From NCBI GenBank assembly GCA_018060485.1, contig JAGOVZ010000003.1:1-35993 (forward strand): a DNA stretch of 35,993 bases, read 5' to 3'. Of the stretch, positions 26,880 through 35,993 are shown piece by piece. Position 1 is the stretch's first letter. Every line of letters begins with the position of its first letter. The notes under the pieces are model-generated. The model searched no databases and was not told where the DNA came from. It worked only from the letters and a program-made list of their open reading frames with translations. The DNA is from Ottowia sp. (GTDB lineage Bacteria; Pseudomonadota; Gammaproteobacteria; Burkholderiales; Burkholderiaceae_C). The position numbers and the translations under genes are program-made.

Positions 26880-26898
26880 CCTGACGATAAATCAAAAA

Positions 26899-27267
26899 AT
26901 GACCTACCAACGCTTTCATTCCCAACGCGGGATCTCGTTCTTCGGCCTGCTGATCGTGGGTGTCCTGCTGGCCTTGCTGGCCATCGTTGGCGCGCGCGTG
27001 CTGCCGACCGCGACCGAATTCATGGCGATCCAGAAAGCGGCCAAGAAAGCGGCGGCGGAAGGCGGCACCGTGCCGCAGGTGCGCGCCGCGTTTGATCGCA
27101 CGGCCGCGGTCGACTACATCAGCTCGATTTCCGGCAAGGACCTGGAGGTGACGAAGGACGGCGACAAGGTCGTGGTGCAGTTCGCCTACGACAAGGAAAT
27201 CCCCTTGGCCGGCCCGGCCTACCTGCTGCTCAAGTACCGCGGCTCATCGGCCGGTGGCTACAACTGA
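26899..27267 (+). CDS. DUF4845 family protein
   Basis: [10 protein letters not shown] pilin-like N terminus; usual position between lepB and rnc. Confidence 0.85.
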   Translation: MTYQRFHSQRGISFFGLLIVGVLLALLAIVGARVLPTATEFMAIQKAAKKAAAEGGTVPQVRAAFDRTAAVDYISSISGKDLEVTKDGDKVVVQFAYDKEIPLAGPAYLLLKYRGSSAGGYN

Positions 27268-27292
27268 ACGCGCCAGGCCACCCGGGCCCGCG

Positions 27293-27982
27293 GTGAGCGC
27301 GCCCGTCACCCTGCAGGCGCTGCAACAGCGCCTGCAGCACCAGTTTGCGAACCAGTCCCTGCTTGAGCAGGCACTGACGCACCGCAGCTTCTCGGCCGAC
27401 CACAACGAGCGCCTGGAGTTTCTAGGCGATTCGGTGCTCAACCTCGCGGTGGCCCACATGCTTTACCAGGCGCTCGGCAGCGGCGCCGAGGGCGATCTGT
27501 CGCGCCTGCGCGCCCAACTGGTACGGCAAGACAGCCTGCACCGCCTGGCGCTGGACTTGGGTTTTGCTCCCTTGCTGCGGCTGGGCGCCGGCGAGGTGAG
27601 TTCGGGCGGCCAGCGGCGGCCCTCCATCCTGGCTGACGCGCTCGAAGCGATCATCGGCGCGGTGTACCTCGACGGTGGCCCGCTGGCGGCCGACGCGCTG
27701 GTGCGCCGCCTGTTCGAGCGCGTCGAGATTTCCCCCGCCACCTCGGCCGCCGCCAAGGACGCCAAGACCGCCTTGCAGGAGTGGCTGCAGGGGCGCAAGA
27801 TGCGGCTGCCGCAGTATGAAGTGGCGCGCGTGCTGGGCGCCGCGCACCGCCAGACTTTCGAGGTGGTGTGCCAGGTGGCCGCGCTGGGCCTGGAAGCCAG
27901 CGGGCAAGGCGTGTCGCGCCGCGCTGCCGAGCAGGCCGCCGCCGCCGCCATGCTGCAGCAATTGCAGAATACCCAGACATGA
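27293..27982 (+). CDS. rnc: Ribonuclease III
   Basis: [32 protein letters not shown], ds[14 protein letters not shown]; GTG start approximate. Confidence 0.96.
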   Translation: MSAPVTLQALQQRLQHQFANQSLLEQALTHRSFSADHNERLEFLGDSVLNLAVAHMLYQALGSGAEGDLSRLRAQLVRQDSLHRLALDLGFAPLLRLGAGEVSSGGQRRPSILADALEAIIGAVYLDGGPLAADALVRRLFERVEISPATSAAAKDAKTALQEWLQGRKMRLPQYEVARVLGAAHRQTFEVVCQVAALGLEASGQGVSRRAAEQAAAAAMLQQLQNTQT

Positions 27983-28968
27983 ATACTCCTGAAAAAATAG
28001 CTGCTGACGCTGATCCGGCAAGCGCTGGCGGCCCGTTGGGCATAAATTCTCCGGCGGCGGGGCAACGCTGCGGCGTGATCGCCATCGTCGGCAAACCCAA
28101 CGTCGGCAAGTCCACGCTGCTCAACGCGCTGGTCGGGCAAAAGATCAGCATCACCAGCCGCAAGGCGCAAACCACGCGCCACCGCATCACCGGTATCCGC
28201 ACGCTGCCGGATGGCGACGGCGGTGGCACGCAGTTCATCTTTGTCGACACGCCCGGCTTCCAGACTCGGCACAGCACGGCGCTCAACAAGTCGCTCAACC
28301 GCACGGTGCTGGGCGCCATCGATGGCGTCGATCTGGTGCTGTTCGTGGTCGAGGCCGGCAGCTTCACGCTGGGCGACGCCAAGGTGCTGGCGCTGCTGCA
28401 GCCGGGCACGCCGACGCTGCTGGTGGCCAACAAGCTCGACACCGTGCACCGCCGCGCCGAAATCGCGCCCTGGCTGCGCGACATGCAAGAGCGCCACCCG
28501 TTTGCCGAATTCGTGCCCATGTCGGCCAAGAACCCGAAGGACGTGCAGCGGCTGCTGCAGATTTGCGAGCGCTACTTGCCCGAGCAGCCTTGGTGGTACG
28601 GCGAGGACGAGCTGACCGACAAGAGCGAGAAATTCCTCGCCAGCGAGGTGGTGCGCGAAAAATTGTTCCGCCTGACCGGCGACGAATTGCCCTACACCTC
28701 CACCGTCGTCATCGAAAAGTTCGACGAAGAGAAAAGCAAGCAGCACGGCCGCATGGTGCGCATTGCCGCCACCATCGTGGTCGAGCGCGACGGCCACAAG
28801 GCCATGGTGATCGGCGAGAAGGGCGAGCGCCTCAAGCGCATCGGCACCGAGGCGCGGCAGGAGCTGGAAAAGCTCATGGATTGCAAGGTGTTCCTCGAAC
28901 TCTGGGTCAAGGTGCGCTCAGGCTGGGCCGACGATGAAGCGCGCGTGCGCAGCTTCGGCTACGAGTAA
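27979..28968 (+). CDS. era: GTPase Era
   Basis: [24 protein letters not shown]-like [13 protein letters not shown]; ATGA overlap with rnc. Confidence 0.97.
   Translation: MNTPEKIAADADPASAGGPLGINSPAAGQRCGVIAIVGKPNVGKSTLLNALVGQKISITSRKAQTTRHRITGIRTLPDGDGGGTQFIFVDTPGFQTRHSTALNKSLNRTVLGAIDGVDLVLFVVEAGSFTLGDAKVLALLQPGTPTLLVANKLDTVHRRAEIAPWLRDMQERHPFAEFVPMSAKNPKDVQRLLQICERYLPEQPWWYGEDELTDKSEKFLASEVVREKLFRLTGDELPYTSTVVIEKFDEEKSKQHGRMVRIAATIVVERDGHKAMVIGEKGERLKRIGTEARQELEKLMDCKVFLELWVKVRSGWADDEARVRSFGYE
27985..28041 (+). repeat. Dispersed element, copy 11 (encodes Era N-terminal extension)
   Basis: ACTCCTGAAAAAATAGC-TGCTG-ACGCTGA-TCCGG-CAAGCGC-TGGCGGCCCGTTGG; encodes [18 protein letters not shown]. 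Confidence 0.85.
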
Positions 28969-28984
28969 TCCGAACGCTGCGCCC

Positions 28985-29416
28985 ATGCGCCTCTGGACGC
29001 TGCACCCGCGCCACCTTGATCCGCAGGGCCTGGTCGCGCTGTGGCGCGAAGCATTGCTGGCGCAGGCTGTGCTGTTCGGTCGCACGCGCGGCTACACGCG
29101 CCACCCGCAATTGCAGCGCTTTGCCGAACACGCCGCTCCGCTGGACGCCGTGGGCGCCTACCTGACGGCGGTGGCAGAAGAAGCAAGCGCGCGCGGCTAT
29201 CGCTTCGATGCGAGCAAGATCGATCGCCCCTCGGCGCAAGCCGCGCCCATCACCGCCACCACCGGGCAGATCGAGCACGAATGGCGCCACCTGGGCGCCA
29301 AGCTGGCCGCGCGCAACACCGACTGGCACGCGCGTTGGGTCGCTGCCGGCCAGCCGGCGGCGCACCCGCTGTTCAACGTGGCGCCTGGCCCGGTGCAGGA
29401 CTGGGAGCGCCCGTGA
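28985..29416 (+). CDS. Pyrimidine dimer DNA glycosylase / T4 endonuclease V-like protein
   Basis: [58 protein letters not shown] pattern. Confidence 0.85.
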   Translation: MRLWTLHPRHLDPQGLVALWREALLAQAVLFGRTRGYTRHPQLQRFAEHAAPLDAVGAYLTAVAEEASARGYRFDASKIDRPSAQAAPITATTGQIEHEWRHLGAKLAARNTDWHARWVAAGQPAAHPLFNVAPGPVQDWERP

Positions 29417-30174
29417 AGCGCGTCACGCACGAGCCCGGCTACGTGCTGCACCACTACGACTGGAGCGAATCCAGCGTCATCGTCGAAGCCTTCACGCGCG
29501 CGCACGGCCGCGTGGCGCTGGTCGCCAAGGGCGCCAAGCGGCCGTCGTCCAACTTTCGCCCGGTGCTATTGCCTTTGCAGCAGCTTGCGCTGAGCTGGGG
29601 CGGCGATGCGGAGATTCGCACGTTGAAAAGCGCCGAGTGGGGCGGCGGCCAGGTGATGCCCACGGGCGATGCGCTGCTCTCCGGCTATTACGCCAACGAA
29701 CTGCTCATGCGCCTGCTGGCGCGTGAAGACGCCCACCCGCGCCTGTTCGACGCCTACGCGGCGCTGGTGCATGTGCTGGCCTCGCACGAGGCCGAGCCAC
29801 TGGCTGCCGCCGCGCTGCGCGCTTTCGAGTTGTTGCTGCTGCGCGAGACCGGCCACCTGCCCGCGCTCGACGCGCAGACACTCACCTTCGCCCCCTTGAG
29901 CGACGACGAGCGCTACCGACTGGTGGCCGAAGGCGGCCTGCGCGCCGCCCACGCCGACGACAGCGCCTGGCTGCATGGCGCCCATTGGCGCGCATTGACG
30001 GCCGCGCTGGCCGACGAAGCGCCGCTGTCGGCCACGCTGAACACCGTGGCCGAACTGCCCGGCGATGCGCGCGCCCAGTTGCGCCAGCAGTTGCGTGAGC
30101 TGCTCCACTACCATTGCGGCGTCGGCACGCTGCGCACGCGGCAGTTGCTGATGGACATACAGGCCCTGTCGTGA
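29413..30174 (+). CDS. recO: DNA repair protein RecO
   Basis: [42 protein letters not shown]; GTGA overlap with the upstream gene. Confidence 0.94.
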   Translation: MKRVTHEPGYVLHHYDWSESSVIVEAFTRAHGRVALVAKGAKRPSSNFRPVLLPLQQLALSWGGDAEIRTLKSAEWGGGQVMPTGDALLSGYYANELLMRLLAREDAHPRLFDAYAALVHVLASHEAEPLAAAALRAFELLLLRETGHLPALDAQTLTFAPLSDDERYRLVAEGGLRAAHADDSAWLHGAHWRALTAALADEAPLSATLNTVAELPGDARAQLRQQLRELLHYHCGVGTLRTRQLLMDIQALS

Positions 30175-30935
30175 ACACCACCACCCAGCTCTCCGTCAAC
30201 GTCAACAAGGTCGCGCTGGTGCGCAACACGCGGCACCTGGGCATTCCCAGCGTCACGCGCGCGGCCGAGCTGTGCCTGCAGGCCGGCGCCCACGGCATCA
30301 CCGTGCACCCGCGCCCCGACGAGCGCCACATCCGCGCCGCCGACGTGCGCGAGCTGGCCGCGCTGATGAAGCAATGGCCCGGCCGCGAATACAACATCGA
30401 AGGCAACCCGACGCAGAACCTGATGGCCTTCATCCGCGAAGTGCGTCCGCAGCAAGCCACCTTCGTGCCCGACAGCGAAGACCAGTTCACCAGCGACCAC
30501 GGCTGGGACTTGGCCGACGCAGCGGTGCGCGAGCGCCTTCGCCCGCTGATCGAAGAATGCCGCGCCCTGGCGGTGCGCGTCAGCCTGTTCATGGACCCGG
30601 CGCCCGAGCTGATGGTCTGGGCCAACGAGGTCGGCGCCGACCGCGTCGAGCTGTATACCGAGCCGTACGCCGCCGCTTGGGGTCAGCCCGCCGCGCGCCA
30701 GCAGCAGCTGATCGCCTACGCCCGCGCCGCGCAGGCAGCGCTCACCAACGGTCTGGGTGTCAACGCCGGCCACGACCTGAATCGCGACAACCTCACCGAA
30801 TTCCTGCGCGCCGTACCCGGCGTGGCCGAAGTCTCCATCGGCCATGCGCTGATCGCTGATGCGCTGGAGCTGGGCTACGCGGCCACCGTGAGCGAGTATC
30901 TGCGCTGCATCGCCGAAGCGTATAAAGACTCTTGA
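30171..30935 (+). CDS. pdxJ: Pyridoxine 5'-phosphate synthase
   Basis: [49 protein letters not shown]. Confidence 0.96.
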   Translation: MNTTTQLSVNVNKVALVRNTRHLGIPSVTRAAELCLQAGAHGITVHPRPDERHIRAADVRELAALMKQWPGREYNIEGNPTQNLMAFIREVRPQQATFVPDSEDQFTSDHGWDLADAAVRERLRPLIEECRALAVRVSLFMDPAPELMVWANEVGADRVELYTEPYAAAWGQPAARQQQLIAYARAAQAALTNGLGVNAGHDLNRDNLTEFLRAVPGVAEVSIGHALIADALELGYAATVSEYLRCIAEAYKDS

Positions 30936-30984
30936 TTTGATAGCTGCCCGCGCTTGATGGACAAGCGCCAGCGGCCGATTTTTT
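30928..30984 (+). repeat. Dispersed element, copy 12 (contains pdxJ stop)
   Basis: ACTCTTGATTTGATAGC-TGCCC-GCGCTTG-ATGGA-CAAGCGC-CAGCGGCCGATTTTT. Confidence 0.92.
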
Positions 30985-30994
30985 TCCCAACCCA

Positions 30995-31402
30995 ATGATC
31001 CACGGCATCGGCACCGACATCTGCGACATCCGTCGCATCCGCGCCAGCTTCGAGCGCCATGGCGAGCGCTTTGCGCAAAAAATCCTGTCCGACGCCGAAC
31101 TCGCCGCCTGGCGCCGCCGCAGCGCGCGCTGGCCGGATCGCGGCGTGCGTTATCTGGCCACGCGCTTTTCCGCCAAGGAGGCGTTCAGCAAGGCGATTGG
31201 CCTGGGGATGCGCCTGCCCATGCACTGGCGGCTGTGCGAAATCGCCAACCGGCCGAGCGGCGAGCCCTTCATCGTGCTGCACGGCGGGCTGAAGGACTGG
31301 TTCGACGCCCAGCACCTGATGGCGCACATCACCGTGACGGACGAGAGCGAATACGCCGCGAGCTTTTGCGTGGTCGAGAAGACGGCGCGCGATTTCAAGT
31401 GA
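30995..31402 (+). CDS. acpS: Holo-ACP synthase
   Basis: [34 protein letters not shown]. Confidence 0.96.
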   Translation: MIHGIGTDICDIRRIRASFERHGERFAQKILSDAELAAWRRRSARWPDRGVRYLATRFSAKEAFSKAIGLGMRLPMHWRLCEIANRPSGEPFIVLHGGLKDWFDAQHLMAHITVTDESEYAASFCVVEKTARDFK

Positions 31403-31455
31403 AAACCGGCCTCAGCGCTTGTATGACAAGCGCAAGCAGCTATTAAAAACGCAGT
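31399..31455 (-). repeat. Dispersed element, copy 13 (acpS-nagZ; tail overlaps acpS stop)
   Basis: Minus strand: ACTGCGTTTTTAATAGC-TGCTT-GCGCTTG-TCATA-CAAGCGC-TGAGGCCGGTTTTC. Confidence 0.92.
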
Positions 31456-31470
31456 GATCTGACCTTCAAC

Positions 31471-32526
31471 ATGCAGCACGCCCCCCTCATCATCGACATC
31501 GCCGGCACCGCGTTGACCGACGACGACCGCCGGCGCCTGGCGCATCCGCTGGTCGGCGGCCTGATCCTGTTTGCGCGCAACTGGCAAAGCCGGGCGCAAC
31601 TGTCGCAGCTCAGCGCCGACATCAAGCGCCTGCGGCCCGATCTGCTGATCTGCGTCGATCACGAAGGCGGCCGCGTGCAGCGCTTTCGCACCGATGGCTT
31701 CACGCACCTGCCGCCCATGCGCGCGCTGGGCGAGTTGTGGATGCAGGATGCGATGCGCGCGCAGGACGCGGCCAGCGCCTGCGGTTACGTGCTGGCGGCC
31801 GAGCTGCGCGCCTGCGGGGTCGATTTCAGCTTCACCCCCGTGCTCGATCTCGACTGGGGCCCGAGCGGCGTCATTGGCGACCGTGCCTTTCACGCCGATG
31901 CGCGCGTGGTGACGATGCTCGCCAAAAGCCTGACGCACGGCCTGCTGCGCGCCGGGATGGCGCATTGCGGCAAACACTTTCCTGGTCACGGCTTCACGGC
32001 CGCCGATTCGCACACCGACGCGCCGCGCGATACGCGTTCGCTCAAGGCCATCTTGCAGGACGACGCCGCGCCCTACGGCTGGCTGGGCAGCACGCTCACC
32101 GCCGTCATGCCGGCGCATGTGATCTATCCCAAGGTCGACAGTCGCCCCGCCGGCTTTTCTGCGCGCTGGCTGCAGGCCATCCTGCGCGGGCGGCTCGGCT
32201 TTGGCGGCGCCATCGTCAGCGACGATTTGAGCATGGAAGGCGCGCGCCGCATCGACGGCCGCACGCTGACGCCGACCGAAGCCGTGCTGGCCGCGCTCGA
32301 CGCCGGGTGTGACCTGGCGCTGCTGTGCAACCAGTCGCTCGGCAACGGCAGCGTGATCGACGACACCATCGACGGTCTGGCCCAGGCGCAGCTCAGCGGC
32401 CGCTGGCAGCCCCGACCGGCCAGCGAGGCGCGCCGCCTGGCGCTGCTGCCCGCCGCGCCGGCCGCCGATTGGGACACCCTGATGCGCACGCCGGATTACC
32501 TGCGCGCGCTGGCGCTCATTCCCTGA
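31471..32526 (+). CDS. nagZ: Beta-N-acetylhexosaminidase NagZ (GH3)
   Basis: GGLILFARN, VDHEGGRVQR, KHFPGHG..ADSH, SDDLSMEGA. Confidence 0.96.
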   Translation: MQHAPLIIDIAGTALTDDDRRRLAHPLVGGLILFARNWQSRAQLSQLSADIKRLRPDLLICVDHEGGRVQRFRTDGFTHLPPMRALGELWMQDAMRAQDAASACGYVLAAELRACGVDFSFTPVLDLDWGPSGVIGDRAFHADARVVTMLAKSLTHGLLRAGMAHCGKHFPGHGFTAADSHTDAPRDTRSLKAILQDDAAPYGWLGSTLTAVMPAHVIYPKVDSRPAGFSARWLQAILRGRLGFGGAIVSDDLSMEGARRIDGRTLTPTEAVLAALDAGCDLALLCNQSLGNGSVIDDTIDGLAQAQLSGRWQPRPASEARRLALLPAAPAADWDTLMRTPDYLRALALIP

Positions 32527-32550
32527 AAAGGCGCCAAAATGGCGGCAGAT

Positions 32551-32577
32551 GAACTTTCGCCACCCCGCGCAATCTGA
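32551..32577 (+). promoter_or_regulatory. Candidate sigma-E (RpoE/AlgU-type) promoter
   Basis: GAACTT-N16-TCTGA, ending 6 nt before ATG 32584. Confidence 0.7.
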
Positions 32578-32583
32578 CTGGGC

Positions 32584-32985
32584 ATGAATCCCATGTCTTA
32601 CCAAAGCCTGCCACCGCCTTCCGCCAGCGCCGCCAACGGGCTGGATCGCCTGTTCGCCCGCGTCATGGGCTGGGTGGTGTGGGGCGTGCTCGCGCTGATG
32701 GGGCTGGTGTTTGCGCTCAGCCTGTTCGTCTGGCTGACGGCCATGGTGCTGGTCAGCCTGGTTGCCAGCGTGTTCACCGGCCGCCCCGCCGCCGTGACCA
32801 TGCTGTGGCGCCGCTACCGCGCCATGACGCAAGGCCGCTGGCCGCAGCGCCAACCCGCCAGCAGCACCCCGCGCGCCGACGCCGCGCAAAGCACCGGCGC
32901 CTCCATGCCCACCGGCGTGCAGGACGTGCGCTGGCGCGAAGTGGCGCCCGCCAGTGAAGCGACCGACGCCCCGCGCCACCCCTGA
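32584..32985 (+). CDS. Hypothetical membrane protein
   Basis: 133 aa; long hydrophobic hairpin followed by a low-complexity tail ending VQDVRWREV. Confidence 0.75.
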   Translation: MNPMSYQSLPPPSASAANGLDRLFARVMGWVVWGVLALMGLVFALSLFVWLTAMVLVSLVASVFTGRPAAVTMLWRRYRAMTQGRWPQRQPASSTPRADAAQSTGASMPTGVQDVRWREVAPASEATDAPRHP

Positions 32986-32988
32986 TTC

Positions 32989-33045
32989 GCTCTCGTTTTG
33001 AGAGCTGCCAGCGCTTGATGGAAAAGCGCTGGCGGCCTGTTTGAT
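32989..33045 (+). repeat. Dispersed element, copy 14 (intergenic)
   Basis: GCTCTCGTTTTGAGAGC-TGCCA-GCGCTTG-ATGGA-AAAGCGC-TGGCGGCCTGTTTG. Confidence 0.9.
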
Positions 33046-33174
33046 GCGAAATCAGGCGGCGCGGTGAGCCCACGCTCTACATCGCCTCATCCGCTCGGCT
33101 AAGATGATTCCGGGGTCGGCCCACGCGCAGGGTGCGCCGCCGTACCGTTGCACGACAACACCGGAGACAAGACC

Positions 33175-34873
<1,699 letters not shown>

Positions 34874-34878
<5 letters not shown>

Positions 34879-34930
34879 TTTGGGCGCTGGCGCACGTCCA
34901 ATGTGCGCCAGTAGCTATGAAAAATGGAGC
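34874..34930 (-). repeat. Dispersed element, copy 15 (between convergent acyl-CoA synthetase and lysS)
   Basis: Minus strand: GCTCCATTTTTCATAGC-TACTG-GCGCACA-TTGGA-CGTGCGC-CAGCGCCCAAAT. Confidence 0.88.
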
Positions 34931-34938
34931 GATCAGGC

Positions 34939-35993
34939 TCAAGCCTCGTGCCGCAACGCGGGGAAGAGAATCACGTCCCGGATGCTCGGCGAATCGGTCA
35001 GCAGCATCATGAAGCGATCAATCCCCACGCCGCAGCCGCCGGTGGGCGGCATGCCGTATTCCAGCGCGCGGATGAAGTCGGCGTCGTAGAACATCGCCTC
35101 GTCGTCGCCCGCGTCCTTGGCGTTGGCCTGGGCGGAGAAGCGGGCGGCCTGGTCTTCGGCGTCGTTCAGCTCTGAGAAGCCGTTGGCCATCTCGCGGCCG
35201 GTGATGTAGAGCTCAAAGCGCTCGGTCACCTCGGGCCGCGCATCGTTGGCGCGCGCCAGCGGGCTGATCTCGGTCGGGTGCTCCATGATGAAGGTGGGCG
35301 CCCAAAGTTCGGACTCGACCGCTTCCTCGAAATACATCACCTGCAGGCTGGGCAGGCTGCGGGCAGAAAGCTTGTCCTTTTCTTCGCTCAGGCCCAGCTT
35401 TTTCAAGCGGCTGATGAGTTCGGCTGCGTCATCGACGTGCGCGCCGATGTCGGTGTGTGCGTGGATCGCCTCGCGGATGGTCATGCGCGCAAACGGCTGG
35501 CTCAGATCGACTTCGCGGCCCTGGTATTGCAGCTGCAGCGAGCCCACGGCCCGTTGCGCCGTGTCGCGCAGCAACTCTTCCGTAAACCTCATCAAGTCCT
35601 GGTAGTTCCAGTACGCCGCGTAGAACTCCATCATCGTGAACTCGGGGTTGTGCCGCACGCTGATGCCTTCGTTGCGAAAGCTGCGGTTGATCTCAAACAC
35701 CCGCTCAAAGCCGCCGACGATCAGGCGCTTCAGATACAGCTCGGGCGCGATGCGCAAGAACATCTGCTGATCGAGCGCGTTGTGGTGCGTGACAAACGGC
35801 TTGGCGTTGGCGCCGCCGGGAATCGGGTGCAGCATGGGTGTTTCCACTTCCATGAAGCCGTTGTCGGTCATGAAGCCGCGCATGGCGGCCAGCGTGGCGC
35901 TGCGGGCGGCAAAGCGCGCGCGCGCGGCCTCGTCCATGATCAGGTCGACATAGCGCTGGCGGTACTTCAGCTCCTGATCCTGCATGCCGTGGA
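34939..35993 (-). CDS. lysS: Lysyl-tRNA synthetase class II, 3' part (5' end outside window)
   Basis: [58 protein letters not shown]. Confidence 0.97.
   Translation of the reverse strand, partial: HGMQDQELKYRQRYVDLIMDEAARARFAARSATLAAMRGFMTDNGFMEVETPMLHPIPGGANAKPFVTHHNALDQQMFLRIAPELYLKRLIVGGFERVFEINRSFRNEGISVRHNPEFTMMEFYAAYWNYQDLMRFTEELLRDTAQRAVGSLQLQYQGREVDLSQPFARMTIREAIHAHTDIGAHVDDAAELISRLKKLGLSEEKDKLSARSLPSLQVMYFEEAVESELWAPTFIMEHPTEISPLARANDARPEVTERFELYITGREMANGFSELNDAEDQAARFSAQANAKDAGDDEAMFYDADFIRALEYGMPPTGGCGVGIDRFMMLLTDSPSIRDVILFPALRHEA

Overview
GC-rich betaproteobacterial chromosome segment; gene order and proteins look Comamonadaceae-like. Bases 1-9957 hold a purine/urate catabolism cluster: a disrupted NCS2 permease, an atypical M20 hydrolase, a UraD-allantoate amidohydrolase fusion, an orphan periplasmic binding protein, PuuE, a GntR regulator with candidate TGTATACA operators, UraH, XdhC and PuuD. 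The rest is mostly core genome: maf, yceD-rpmF-plsX-fabHDG-acpP-fabF, rpoE-rseA-rseB-degP, lepA-lepB-DUF4845-rnc-era-[pyrimidine-dimer glycosylase]-recO-pdxJ-acpS-nagZ, an acyl-CoA synthetase and the 3' part of lysS. The most striking unexplained signal is a ~55-bp dispersed double-palindrome element, consensus RCTHYnnnWWnnATAGC-N5-GCGCTTG-N5-CAAGCGC-YRGnGSCCnWWW. I found 15 copies by eye, in both orientations, all with the same 17-5-7-5-7 spacing and several with compensatory stem changes. Seven copies lie entirely inside reading frames (uraD-allC, xdhC, methyltransferase, yceD, fabD, ygfX-like, era), six overlap stop codons and two are purely intergenic. No transposase, tRNA, rRNA or CRISPR array was seen. 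All calls rest on manual reading and motif recognition, not database searches.
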